The notes under the pieces were generated by a model. It was not told where the DNA came from. It saw only the letters and a program-made list of their open reading frames with translations, and made no database searches. Made by a program: the position numbers and the translations under genes. Of a stretch of DNA of 64,000 bases, positions 16,301 through 31,264 are shown piece by piece. Every line of letters begins with the position of its first letter. Positions within the stretch are counted from its first letter, which is position 1. Source of the DNA: Chrysomallon squamiferum (lineage: Eukaryota > Animalia > Mollusca); NCBI GenBank assembly GCA_012295275.1, contig CM022675.1, forward strand, positions 1,178,001 to 1,242,000. The letters run 5' to 3'.

Positions 16301-16379
16301 GACGTCGTCGTGTGTTGTGCGGCCGTCGTGGTGGTTTGGCTTTAACAAGCCGTATCGCTAACAGCCATCTCATCGTATC

Positions 16380-16700
16380 CCTGTCAACTTAAATTGAGAG
16401 GTGTTGCCGCAGCCGTCATCAATCTTCGTCTTGTTTTCGCCCGCGCAGCATGTGACCTGTCTGTCAAACTCGCTCCGCCCTAGTCACGTGACGCCGTTCC
16501 CGCGCTGCCGTTGGCTGCGAGGCTGGAGACGGGCGCCTACAAGCGCGGGAGACTGACAGGTGATTTGAAAGCAGACGACAGCTCATTGGACCGGCGATTA
16601 CTCCAGTGAAAAGACGGGCCACGCCAGCTCAATCAAGCAGCATTAATTATGATTGATGAAATTAAATTCGACTTGCTGAAATTGAGGTTACAGCCTTTTG
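16380..16700 (-). promoter_or_regulatory. Probable Gbx proximal promoter / 5' region
   Basis: CpG-rich island directly upstream of the ATG. Contains a GC-box (CCGCCC 16475-16480), palindromic E-box GTCACGTGAC (16483-16492), a CCAAT on the minus strand (~16585), TGACAG/CTGTCA (TALE-type) sites and TGATTGAT (16650-16657). The TSS cannot be located from sequence. Confidence 0.6.
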
Positions 16701-17401
16701 TCTTGGGTAAAGTGGAGGAGAAAAGTGTTTTGTGTAGCGGTTCTCGCCGGCTAATGACGGAGAGTATGTTTAATAAATTGTCAATGGCGAAGCGTCCGCT
16801 GATAGCATCTCACCCCGCCATTGAAAACAGTCCCCACAGAAAGCAGACAGACATTGAAACCGCTGTGAACAGCCATGTTTATTTCAACACACAAAAATTG
16901 TTATTATGTCCGCGTGATGGGCGGTGTGCAAAATAAAAAAATAAAAAAAAATAAAAAAATAAAAAAATAGGTCGGGATAGAATTATTTCAGCTGTGCTGG
17001 TCTTATAAAGATATTCAACTCATTTCACAGCTTATAATCTTGCACGGAAATTTATTAAAAATTAATCTCATGCGTGTACGTTAATATAATTTAGAGAAGA
17101 AAAAAAAACATTATCCTCATTTAGCGTCGAAATTGCTTATAGCTGTAGTAATGTCGTTTCGTTTCTGTGGAGATAAAAAAAAATGTAAATTTAATTTTGT
17201 GTTACATATTTTATGAAGACATTTAATATTTAAACAGTTGTGCATTATATCGTGATGTGTTTCGATTCTGATGTTGAACAGAATTTAAGCACAGGTATAA
17301 TATTTAATTAGATTATTTTTAATTAATATGTAATGACTTATCGTGAGTATCCAGCTGAAAACAACAATAAAAAAAACCAACAAAACAAAACAACCCCCCC
17401 C

Positions 17402-17439
<38 letters not shown>

Positions 17440-17598
17440 AACAACAACAAAACAACAACAAAAAGAAACCCCAGTTATTTAAAACAATGCATAATATTAA
17501 ATAACGTTTCTCTGACGAATTATACTGACCAGGTTAGCTGTGTTTTAATTATTTTTATATCTATTTAAGATAGACAGACTGACAGACAAAAAACAGGC

Positions 17599-17738
<140 letters not shown>

Positions 17739-17943
17739 CATTACTAAAGGAATTTACCACGAATAAAAGAACTATTTATAAAAAAAAATTTAAAACAAAG
17801 AAAGAAAAAGAAAAGGAAAGAAAAGAAAAAAAGAATAAGAATAAGAATTTTTTTTTTTTTACAGCGCAAACGACGATTACAAAACAATTTTAAAATTTGT
17901 ATTGTTATTTTATTGCCCGAACCCAAAACCAACAAAATAAGTA

Positions 17944-18004
<61 letters not shown>

Positions 18005-18434
18005 TAAAACTCTGTTTTGAAAGAAATGATTTAATTTTTAATATTTTAAAAGTGGGTAATCTCTTTCTGTACAAAATGTTAATTTTTTTAAAAATGTGAC
18101 TCGAACATGACAGTCAGATTGTCTCTTCGTCAAACAACGTGACTCGGCCAACATCGTGAGAATTAACGAAAACCCACGAATACTGACGATCATGCATTAA
18201 GTGACTGAAAGCTATTGTTAATCTTCGTTAACTCTCGGATCGCATGACGCTTAAGCTGAAACGTCAGCCAGACGGCTTCCGGTTTAGACGATTATCGAAA
18301 TTTTGTCCATTAATTTTCAGTTTCTGTTTCCTTTTTCCGTATTCACACTCTGACTTGGTCTGGACATTTTTTTCGTTATCTTTTTGTCTGTCTATGTGTC
18401 TGTCCCATAGTATGTCATCGCTTTAAGAGCAAAA

Positions 18435-18557
<123 letters not shown>

Positions 18558-18601
18558 CAAATACGAAGGATTATATGTATTGCAATTACTTTTATAATTT
18601 A

Positions 18602-18656
<55 letters not shown>

Positions 18657-19119
18657 GCTGTTGTCGTTGTTGCTATAAAGTCTTTTACTTTTGTTCTCAA
18701 AAATTGTAAAAATTTATAAATAAAAATAAAAAATAAAAAAATCATTTCATTGGAGCAGAAACAGAACGAAAACTACTTAGAGAAGACAATATAGAGAAGA
18801 CAATATCAGCAAAGAGGCAAAAACTTGAAATTTTCAAAATCAGCTTACTTACATTCTTTCTGTAGTTGGAAGGTTGGGGATTCGATCCTAAATACTTTCA
18901 GTATTAATAGTGAATACTTTCTTCTATGTCCGTGAAATCAAATGCCGGTTGTTATAGTAATTAATAGTCATTGTGATGACGTCATACAATAACACATCTT
19001 ACGACGTCATAATTTACTCTAAATCCACAATAGTTTGTATGAATGCAACTGAAATAAAATCTGTTTTCTTGTGTTTGTGCTTTTGAATTAATATGTGTAT
19101 GTGTGTGCATCTCTCTCTC

Positions 19120-19236
<117 letters not shown>

Positions 19237-19342
19237 GTCTGTGTGTGTGTGTGTTTGTGTAATAACAGGTTCTTTGTTTTAAGTTATCAGCTGTATCCTT
19301 CGATTTTTATATTTATATATAAATTTATAGATAAGTCATTAA

Positions 19343-19402
<60 letters not shown>

Positions 19403-19430
19403 CAATAATAATAACAATAACAACAACAAC

Positions 19431-19462
<32 letters not shown>

Positions 19463-19985
19463 TAATAACAATAATAATAACAAACAACAAAATGTAAAGG
19501 ACATAAACATGTAAAACGGAAATCCTTAAAAAATGTACAAACTGGAACTGAGGTTTGAAACGGAAAGAGATTTTCGGAAACGCAATACAAACATAAGTTT
19601 CAAGGTTTAACGAGGATTAGCAGCAGACTTCGGTCACCTTGTATCAAATCGTCAATATTCGTGTGTTTCCGTCAATACAGCATTCAGCACAACGAAGTAA
19701 TACAGCTAATGTTATCAGTGGATCTACTACAATTACTACTACTGTTACTACTACTGTTACTACTACTACTACTACTACTATTACTACTAGTACAACTACT
19801 ACTACTACTTCTATTATTTCCTACTATTTCTACTGCTGTGACTAACAGTAATCCTATTATTAGTACTACTATGTTTATTATTCGTCTTATTTATTTATTT
19901 ATTTATTTATATACATTTTTTTTTTTTTTTTTTATCTAATTATCTATTTTGTTTAAGTTTAATTTTTTTTTTTTTACTTTCTTAA

Positions 19986-20020
<35 letters not shown>

Positions 20021-21169
20021 AAGACATTTGTACGTAACAGCGGCTACAAATCGACAAGGCGATATAACCGTCAAGTAAAAAACGACGCTGTATTTGTGAG
20101 AACAAACTGTGTGCGGTGAAGCAGTGAGTTTTGCAAACCACACTGATGAACAGTTTGCCTTCAAAGCAAATCAAGAGTCATCAAACATGAGATGATCGTT
20201 AATTTCAAAGCAAACACTCTCAAATCGATAATTACTTAATAATAGTATTATCGATAATCGTTCACTATTGTAATCTGCGAGTAGACATTAACTACAAAGC
20301 CTGGGTCCCCGGAGACCAATTACGTGTTGGTGTTTACTTTAACGTCAGGTTGAAAGTGATAATGTTCTCTTTTCATGTACACGTGCCTGTAACGAGCTTG
20401 AACAAACACGTGCACGTCACGTGGAAATGTTAATGGCGGGAAAATGTGTGATGGAAAACAGAAAGGTGGACGATGGATAATTGTTTCAAATGCTGTTTTA
20501 CTTCTTTTTATTTTGTACTGAAATTTATTTGAAAATTGTACAGGAAAAACCGATGTCCATGTTTCTGTTATTTTGTGGGGCTTTCCGTCTCCAGATCATT
20601 GTTAATTTTCTGTGAATGTCTAAGTGTGACTGTGTATATTCATGAATACCGATGGAATTTTTGACCTATCAGTGCTTGTCTAATTATTAAACCCGAACAA
20701 AGCAACATCTATAGGTGAAATTCCCTTTTAGTCATTAAAAACAACTTGACAAGGTTCAGAAAAATACATCTGTTAAAATAATTCGCCACTGTTGTAAAAT
20801 CCGTCAAAACTATCTTGAGAAGTCCGTAGAACGTGAAATGATATATTACTCAGAATCCGTTTTAAAATGTACTTATACTGTTTTATTTCATTTTATAGAA
20901 AAGAAAAGAAAGAATGAAAAAAAAAAAAATAAGTGTAAGAAATGTTTGAATGTCAAATTACTATCAAATTTTGTCAACAAATAAATAAAAAATATATATA
21001 TATATATATAATAAAAATAAACATTAGACCACCCGTCAAACGTCAAAAACCACTCATCAAACCCCGTCAAAAAAAAAAAAAAATCACTCTTCAAACCGAT
21101 AACATTTTCATCTCGTGATTTCAGAAATTTTCTTCTCTGTGCAAGTGAGCTAGTCAAAAAAAAAAAAAA

Positions 21170-21840
21170 AATCTTCTCGCCACCTTTTCACTGCCTTCCC
21201 CTCTCCACGACTCCTTGCCTCCTTTGTCTGGCTCCTCGCTTCAGCCGAGCTGAGGGAGCCGAGTGACAACAACGTCTCACTTTGTGAGACAATCACCTAG
21301 CTGTCCGGTCAGCAGAGCGCGCGCATTTCCCCGCTTCAATGGCGTTTAATCGCCTCTCCTCTTTGGACCGTCTCACGCATGCGCAGACGCTTTGTTCCGG
21401 CTACTGTTGCCAGCAGAAGCCATTATCCCGCCGTGAATGGAAGATCGGAGAGGACAATGCTGGGGAAGGTGGGGGGGGGTGGGTGGGTGGGGGAGAGAGC
21501 TGATTGCTCTTTTTCTTTTTTTTTCTTCTTTTGTTTGTTTGTTTGTTAGCGTTCATATCTGATAATTAGTTGCGAGAAGTGAATCCGAGGATAACATTTC
21601 TGGTTTATTTGGGCGAGTAAATTTTTTTGGTCTTTTGTTTCGGTCTACAGTCGCAGGGATTCTTCCGCTAAATTAAACGTTTCCAGCGCCATTGTTCGGC
21701 AGCGCGAAGCCATTCCGTAACGATTAGCTCGCGCAAGAGCCCGGATGTACTCGCAGTTGTCTTTCTTGTCTTTCTTTTTTTTTTTTTTTTGCTCTTGTGT
21801 TGCAGCTACGCGGGGTAATTAGAGTTTGTAACACAGAGTC
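21170..21840. promoter_or_regulatory. CpG-rich non-coding island about 5 kb upstream of Gbx
   Basis: GC/CpG-rich with an NRF1-type CGCATGCGCA (~21376), a G-rich run at 21460-21492 and TAATTA sites. No coding signal. Confidence 0.45.
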
Positions 21841-21860
21841 AAATTGTTGCTTCAAATACA

Positions 21861-21937
<77 letters not shown>

Positions 21938-22309
21938 AAAAGAAAGAAAGAAGAGAGAAAGAAAGAAAGAAAAGGACAGATAAATTAATTAAATAATTCA
22001 GTTACAGGGTTGATAGTATTTTTTTTTTTTACTTACGAAGCAATAGATGACAACAAAAACGTGTTTCTCAGCTGAAATCATGTTGTTTTGTGCTGGCCAC
22101 AATTCAGGGTTATTTGAGTTACACTGTATAAATATAAATTTTCGTTTTAATAACGATATTCAAGATATTTAACTTTATATGTAATGACGCATCATCAGAT
22201 ATTTTTAGACAGTTCTTGTATTTATAAACAAACAGAATATATACAATAAAAAATGTAGATAATAATAATAATAATTAATAATGACGACAGAATAAAATAT
22301 AAAAAATAA

Positions 22310-22345
<36 letters not shown>

Positions 22346-23369
22346 TATTTTTTTTTTTTTTTAAATAATAAAATAACTACAAAATAAAATAGTAATAATA
22401 ATTATAATAATAATATCATTATTATTATTTTTAAATTATATATTCATAATTATTATTTTGCATTATTAAAATTATTATTATCATTATCATTTCATTGAGA
22501 ACATTATTATCATTATTATTATTATTATTATTTTTTTTCATTTATTTTACAATTATAAACGTTAGGTCAATACTGAAAATATTTTGGCAGAAATCCTTTT
22601 GTATTTTCTTTAAAAAACAGGAACAGCACATTAAATAATAAAACTCATCATCAGTATCCTGAACAACCAATCAAGGACTAATAAATCAACCAATAATTAA
22701 CCACAAAACGAAAAATAAACAAACCAAAAACAACAATGAAAAAACAACCAATTCAATATATTTGTTATCGTAGTAAGTTCAATGTCGTTCAGATATTACG
22801 TGCAAAAAAAAAAAAAATAATAATAATAAAAAAATAAAACCAACCAAAAAAAAACAACAACTAACTAAATAAATAAGCAAGTAAATAGCTAGATGATAGA
22901 TAAAGAGACAGAAAGACAGATAGATGAATAAAAACTAAACAAATAAATAGATAAAAAAAAGTAAGTGGATAGTTATTTAGCTAGAGAGATAGATGGGTAG
23001 ATAGATAGAGATAGACAAATAAATAGGTAGATAGACAGTTAGAAAGTCAGACAGATAGATAAATAGACAGTTAGACAGTTAGAAAGTCAGACAGATAGAT
23101 AAATAGACAGACAGACAGATAGACAGATAATTATTTAAAAGAAATAAATAAATTACAATACGTACCTTTAAGTTATTACACCTTATAAAAACACAAAAAA
23201 AGAATTGTTATTTTTATTTATAATTGTTTATTTGTTTATTTGTGTCTTTCTTTATTTACAACAAATAATAAAAGAAAATGATTAAACATAAACACAGCAG
23301 TAGCTGTTGTTGTAATAAAATAAATCAAATCAAATTAAATTAAATCAAATTAAAAAAGAAATAATAATG

Positions 23370-24520
23370 GCTGGTTTGGTACTGGCTCGGCATTTGCCTT
23401 TCTTACGACTGTGAAACTGCGCACAGTTGTTATCACGCAGCTATTGAAATTAGGCCTACTTTTTAAAGTGACGTCTGCTGAACACAACACTTAACATTCT
23501 CGTACGTCGTCGTGGCTCTTTCACCAGTCGGTTCAGAAAGACGTCGCCACTTAATCAATGCAAATTGAAATCGACAAGCACATCATTATTCCGAGGCGCG
23601 TTATAACACGGTGCAAATAAAACTCCCATAATTCCCCGCGGAGATCTCATCGAGCACTCGATACGCGGGCACTAAACCCTCGTGGAAAATAATCGAGAAA
23701 AAAATATCTCTTTGTCAGTTTATGGGCCTAAGCGAATGGACGGCGGAATATCGCCGGCGATCTATTTAATTCGCGAGATGTTATTTTGCATCGGGCGGCG
23801 GAGTGAAGAGCGATTTTTCTTAATTAATATGAAATGTCTGGGTGCGTCCCTCTTCCCTTCATCCTTTTAGCTTGCACCCATCAAAACCAAACACGTCACT
23901 TACTCGGATTGAATCCTTTTTCCGTTAAAATCTATTAGTCGTCTTTTGGAAACAAATACGGCACCAGTTATCTCCCTTCGTTGTAATAATCTGTTTAATA
24001 AAACTTGGATGAAGGAAGAAAGAGAGAAAGGAGGGAGGGAAAAAAAGAAGAAAAGTTGTGTTTGGGTGAAGGTCCTTGTCGAGAGAGAGAAGAGAGAAAA
24101 AAGGGGGCGTAACTCTGTTCGATTTAATGCAATTTTTCAGTTCATGCAATTAGGAGTTGTTTCGACAGAAAAGGAAATCTTTCTCGTAATTGAAGAAGCA
24201 AATATTTTTGCGAGACTTCAAACGCTTGGCCACCTCGAAAGTGACAAAATCCAATCTGCTGCAAAGCCTGTCACGTTCAGTCTCGCGCGAGTCAATTTCG
24301 TGTCAATCCGTTGACATGGAAACATGAACGGGCGGTAATTTTCTATGCGCCTGTGTTGTGAGTAATAATATTTGACTTAGAAAATTATTTTCCGATTTCA
24401 TTTACTCGCAAGGCGACTTCGTGTTTATTGCGCTCCTCACGCGAGGCGCCCGTGCAGGAGGGGGGAAGGGGGGTCGGGTGATGTGGGCGGTGTCACTCAC
24501 AATGCACGCTTTTATTTATA
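23370..24520. promoter_or_regulatory. CpG-rich, repeat-free non-coding island about 7-8 kb upstream of Gbx (candidate enhancer)
   Basis: Complex sequence with many CpGs and TAAT/TAATTA and ATGCAAAT motifs, in an otherwise AT-rich microsatellite background. No credible ORF or splice-consistent exon. Confidence 0.5.
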
Positions 24521-26749
24521 GCCAACAGCAAGACTCGTTTAGTTTTTGTTTGTTATTATTTTTCTATTTATTTATTTATTTATTATTTATTTTTAAAGAG
24601 GGTTTGATTAATCTTTAATCTAGGAAAGCTGGCACTACAGAAATTCTGACTATCACATATTATAAATATTGTAACAGTAATAACGGTGGTTAATAAAATA
24701 CAATAATCTTAGGAATGCAGTACAATTTAAATCTGTTAATTGTTACCCAGCCCTGATTTTAAAATAATATTCAGTTATAAGACGATAACGCAAATTATAT
24801 GGATGACTGCATGAAAATTGCTATTATATACAAATAAATTTAAACAAGCAAGCAAAGAAGAAAGTTATATATGTGTGTGTGCGTGTGTGTGTGTGTGTGT
24901 GTTTGTGTGTGTGTGCTTGTGTGTGTGTGCACACACATAGACATAGGAAGAGAGACAGAAAGACAGAGAGAGAGAGAGTAAAAGCGATATATTGATCGAT
25001 AGATAGATAGCTATAGATAGACAGATATATCTACATAGACAGATATAGAAAAAGTCAAAAGAAAGACGGATGAATAAATAATGAACGAACGAACAATCAT
25101 ACAAACAAAGCAACGCAAGAAACCCCAAACAAACAAACAAACAAATAAACAAATACAAACTCATTCAACACAATGACATTTAACGAACAATTTCGACGCA
25201 CATTCTCTCTTTCTTACCAATTTCAACTATTAATATCTCCTCACAGAACTTTCACTCACTAGTCTGTTTACCCACTTCAAAACTATTAGTGCATTTATTA
25301 ATTTATTAACAGCGCGTGGCGTTGCGCGCTATTTTTCTTCTCTCAGAATGTGTCCGGCAGTTATCACGTGCTCGCAATTTCCACTGGCGTCGTCTCGTTT
25401 TCCCACATCACGTTTCGACTGGTTCCAGTAATTAGTTAAGCCGTATTTACAGTTGAAGCGGCACGTAGTGGGGCACCAGTGCAGCCCGAGTTCTCGGTGT
25501 CGCCGTAAACAGACGGAGTGAAGCGATTACAGACCGAACCGAGGCGGGTCACTCTGCTGTTAATTAATCTCCCGTTGACCTCTGCTGTTGACGTTTTAAT
25601 CCGATATTAAGAAGCCGTCGTCAGCTCATTAGTTCTCGTCTGTGTTGACGTGGAGAGGAAATTGAAAGTTTGAGACTTTATTACTTTTCTTGTTAGCGTT
25701 TTAGCAGAGACATCGTAGCAGGTCTTTTCTAAACATACTACAGCAACTACTACTACTACAACTACAACTACTGCTGCTGCTACTACTACTACTACTACTA
25801 TTACTACTACTACTATCACTATTACTACTACTAGTACTACTACTACTGCTGCTACTACTACTACTATAACTACAACTACTACTATTACTATTACAACAAC
25901 TACTACTACTACTACTACTATAACTACAACTACTGCTGCTGCTGCTACTACTACTATTACTATTACTACTACCATTACTATTATTACTACTATTATTACT
26001 ACTGCTATTACTATTACTACTGCTGCTACTACTACTACTGCTACTACTAATACTACTACTACTGATACTGATATTACAGCTACTACTACTACTACAATTA
26101 ATCATAATAATGCTGTAACTATTGCTATTAATGCCACTATCATACTAAATCTGCTACTGCTATTACTATTACTAACTGCGATACTAGTACTATTACCAGT
26201 ACTACTTCTACTATTACTACTACTACTACTAGTTTTACTGATATTGCAGCTACTAGTACTACTATCATTACTGTTATTATTGTTGTTGCTGTTGTTTTTG
26301 TTGTTGTTATTGTTATTGTGTTGCTGTTATTGTTTCCTGATATTGTTACTACTTTTTAAAACGACTTAATAGAATCAAGCACAGAAAGACAGAGATAACT
26401 TGATCAAATGTCAGACTTTATTACACTTAATTTAAAAAGGTAAAAATATAAAAGATTCTAGTGATAGAGGGTGCAGCCACTTTACTCATTTATAAACCAG
26501 GCCGCCAGCTTGTCAACCTAGTTATTTTGATCAAAACTTGTCACCACCTGAATGCATAATAAAAATTAATTGAAGATATAACATAACAAAAAAATTTTAA
26601 AAAAAAAAAAAAAAAAAAAAGAAAAGAATAATAAAAAAGATAATAAAGAAATAAATAACATAAAGAAAAAAAAAATTAATAAATAAAAGTAATAATAATA
26701 AAAATAATTTAAATAAAAAATAAAAAACTAAAAAACTAAAAAAAAAGGA

Positions 26750-27199
26750 CCGATGTAAAGAGATCTGTACAAATATTATATAATATAGCTGAGTTATACA
26801 TACACTGATACTGGAAGGTGTACACGTTATTTCAGTTTTGTTACTGTTGTTGTTGTCTTATTAATTATTTTATTATATTTGTAACAAATGACTGGTAGAG
26901 TCGGTTACGATGTCGTTTCACAAGTTTTTTCATAGACTGTCTTTGATGGAAACAAAGCAAACTAAACTAAAAAAGAACAACAAAAAAATCTTCTTTTGCA
27001 TGTTTGTGAGAGATATGCATTTTTCTGAGACAGAAAACTCATAATTATACGAAGAATCGAGAACCAGAATTTCTTAATCTGAAAGATTTAAGTAAAATAT
27101 TTTTACTACTTAGTGATAGATTCATTCGTGTCGGAATTGTCTGAACAATGTCAGCAACATTTTATTGTGCCTTTGAAAAACTTATGGGTTTATATAATC

Positions 27200-27278
<79 letters not shown>

Positions 27279-28202
27279 CAAATAAATCGCTGGCTTTTAC
27301 GTTTTATGGATTTAAAGATAAGTTTAACGACAGCCTAAGTCCAAAGCATCAAAGTATCATAATTATGTTTAAAGTTTTCAGAGAAATTAAGGGGAAATTA
27401 TTTAAATAAAAGTTAAATAAAAATTTTGAAATTTAATAATTTAAAAATTTAAAGAAAGTTTAAAAACGATTATCAAAGTGTAATAAACAGTTTTATCAAA
27501 ATTTAAAAATGGTTTCTAAATGAAAATTCATTAAAAAAAATTATAATTCAGTTAATAAACAGAATTTTCAAAATTTAAAAATGGTTTGGCAATCAGTCTA
27601 AAAAGTTGTAAAATTATTATTTTTTTTTTTATTTTATTTTAAAGTTATTTTTATTTTTTTTTTTGTCAGCAATGTAGATTTCTACGATGACCAGTCTTTG
27701 AAGATATTTTTATCATTCTACTGTAAAAATTTACTGGTAACTCAGTCTTTCCTGAACTTTCATTCCCCTTCCATCGAGATTTAATGCAAGAATTGACGAC
27801 TGAAGAAATATATACACATAAATAAATGGAAAAAATGAATGAATGAATAAAAAAAAAAATAAATAACATTAATAAATATAATTACCAAATAGTTATTAAA
27901 ATGCTGATCAGTTTTTGTATTTATTAAAAAAAAAAAAGAAACCAAACAAAAAAACAAAAAAAAAAACAAAAAACCCTCCAAAAAACAAACAAACAAAAGA
28001 AACAACAAACAAACAATAATAAAAAAAAAATTAAATAAAAAAGAAATAAAAAGAAAGAAAGATTTGATCAGACTTTACGATATATTTATTTTGTTTTTTT
28101 CAATAATATTGGAGACAACTATGAAATACAAGTCAAGTTTTTTCATAGACTGTCTTTTGGAAACAAAGCAAACTAAACTAAAAAAAAACAACAAAAGAGA
28201 TT

Positions 28203-28270
<68 letters not shown>

Positions 28271-29279
28271 AAATAAACCGCTGGCTTTTACGTTTTTGTT
28301 TTAATATTTCGATTCATTTAATAATGTAATGGATTTAAAGAAAAGTTTAACGACAGCCTAAGTCCAAAGCATCAAAGTGTCATAATTATGTTTAAAGTTT
28401 TCAGAGAAATTAAGAGCAAAATATGAAAATAAAAGTTAACTAAATGAAAAATAATCAAAAGATTATAAGTAATAAACAGAATTATCAAAATTTAAAAATG
28501 GTTCTCTAATCATTCGTAATAATTGTAATTCACTTACCTTTCGAGTTTCATGGTGGCTCACTCTGAAAAGAGTTATTGATTTATTTATTTTTTTTGACAT
28601 TTTTGAGTGAGCAATGTGCATTTCTATGGTGACTCAATCTTTAAAGAAATTTTTATCATGCCACTGTAAAGATCTTATTACAAATTTACTGGATACTCAC
28701 TCTTTAAAGATATTTTTATCAAGCTACTGTACAAGTCTTATTACAAATTTACTGGACACTCAGTCTTTCTTGAGTTTTCATTCTTACTTCCATCTAGATT
28801 TAATACAAGAATTGACGACTGAAGAAACATAAATAAATGGAAAAAAGAAAGAAATAATTAATGAATAAAAAAAAGAAATAAATAACATTAATAAATATGA
28901 TTAGCAAAAAGTTATTAAAATGCTGATCAGTTTTTGTATTTACTAAAAAACAAAAAAACAAAACAAACAAAAACAAAAACAAAACAAAAAAGACAAAAAA
29001 ACTAATGAAAAAGCCCCAAACAAACAACGATAACCATACTTTACGATATATTTATTTTATTTTTTTCTATAACACTGAAGACAACTATGAAATACAAGTC
29101 AGTTACCTAGTATATTCTAACAGAGACAAAATGCAACAAAAATAGAATTTTATATACAAAATTTGATCAAAAACTGAAAATGTACAAATTCTATAAACAA
29201 AGATTGTAAGCAATGGTAGTGTAAATATTATAATTATATTATACATTGTATGTAAAAATTTAATTAATGACTTAGACGT

Positions 29280-29334
<55 letters not shown>

Positions 29335-29836
29335 TTTAAATAAAATTAAAAACGAAATAATTAAAAAAATACCGCTGTTAAGAGATTTGTACACATATTA
29401 TATATAATATAGCTGAGTTATACATACACTAATACTGGAATGTGTACACGCTATTTTAGTTTTGTTATTGTTGTTGTTTGTTTTATTAATTATTTTATTA
29501 TATTTGTAACAAATGACTGTGGTAGAGTCGGTTACGATGTCGTTTCACAAGTTTTTTCATAGACTGTCTTTGATGGAAACAAAGGAAACTAAACTAAAAC
29601 AACAACAACAAAAAAATCTTGTTTTGCATGTTTGTGAGAGATATGCATTTTTCTGAGACAGAAAACTCATAATTATACGAAGAATCGAGAACCAGAATTT
29701 CTTAATCTGAAAGATTTAAGTAAAATATTTTGACTACATAGTGATACATTCATTCGTGTCGGAATTGTCTGAACAATGTCAGCAACATTTTATTGTGTCT
29801 TTGAAAAACTTATGGAGTATTACTTTTAATTTATAT

Positions 29837-29926
<90 letters not shown>

Positions 29927-30523
29927 CTGTCAAATAAATCGCTGAGTTTTACGTTTTATGGATTTTAAAGATAAGTTTAACGACAGCCTAAGTCCAAAGC
30001 ATCAAAGTGTCATAATTATGTTTAAAGTTTTCAGAGAAATTAAGAGCAAAATATTTAAATAAAAGTTAACTAAATGAAAAATAATCAAAAGATTATAATA
30101 ATAAACAGGGTTATCAAAATTTAAAAATGGTTTTCTAATCATTCGTAATAATTATAATTCAGTTACCTTTCGAGTTTCATGGTGGCTCACTCTGAAAAGA
30201 GTTATAGATTTATTTACTTTTTTAACAGTTTTGAGTCAGCAATGTGGATTTCTATGGTGACTCAATCTTTGAAGAATTTTTTATCATGCTACTGTAAAAA
30301 AAGTCTTATTACAAATTTACTGGATACTCAATCTTTTTTGAGTTTTCATTCTTACTTCCATCTAGATTTAATACAAGAATTGACGACTGAAGAAATATAT
30401 ACACATAAATAAATGGAAAAAAGAATGACTACATGAATGAAAAAAATAAAATAAAATAACATTAATAAATATAATTAGCAAAATGTTATTAAAATGCTGA
30501 TCAGTTTTTGTATTTATTAAAAA

Positions 30524-30564
<41 letters not shown>

Positions 30565-30846
30565 AACACAAATGAAAAAGCCCCAAACAAACAACGATAA
30601 CCATACTTTACGATATATTTATTTTATTTTTTTCTATAACACTGAAGACAACTATGAAATACAAGTCAGTTACCTAGTATATTCTAACAGAGACAAAATG
30701 CAACAAAAATAGAATTTTATATACAAAATTTGATCAAAAATTGAAAATGTACAAATTCTATAAACAAAGATTGTAAGCAATGGTAGTGTAAATATTATAA
30801 TTATATTATACATTGTATGTAAAAATTTAATTAATGACTTAGACGT

Positions 30847-30889
<43 letters not shown>

Positions 30890-30890
30890 G
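26750..30890. repeat. Imperfect tandem triplication of a ~1.2-1.6 kb non-coding unit
   Basis: Shared anchors in three copies: TTTTCATAGACTGTCTTT (~26927, 28140, 29554); post-(AG)n TTCTGT.AAATAAA (~27273, 28264, 29924); GATTTAAT.CAAGAATTGACGACTGAAGAA (~27778, 28797, 30366); ACTTTACGATATATTTATTTT (~28072, 29038, 30605). Confidence 0.9.
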
Positions 30891-31224
30891 ATAATAATAA
30901 TAATAAAAAAAATAAATAAATAAATAAAAACATAAATAAATAAATAGTTTGCATATTTTATTTGCTTCGCTAATATCAGTGACTAGAACTATTTGAATTT
31001 GTAATGTTAACATGCGCATTGGAAAGATATAAAATGTTTTGCCAATGAAATGGTTCAGTGTTGAAGAAATTTTGTATCAACAAGTACATTTCTAATAAAA
31101 AAAGTCATCTTTTTTATATTTTTTACTGAACAGACAAATCAGTACAAAAATTAAGATAGAAACTAATATTAGATCAAGTCTGAAAGCATCAAAATAAAAC
31201 ATTTTGGAAAAAACGTCACTGCCG

Positions 31225-31264
<40 letters not shown>

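Noticed and set aside
16301-16348. TTG-initiated N-terminal extension of Gbx in the ORF track
   Set aside because: A non-ATG start from a prokaryote-style ORF caller. Similarity to Gbx begins at the ATG at 16300.
21230-21260. Hairpin GGCTCC..TCAGC-CGA-GCTGA.GGAGCC as a miRNA/ncRNA
   Set aside because: Only about 31 nt with an asymmetric bulge; too short for a pre-miRNA and expected by chance in GC-rich DNA.
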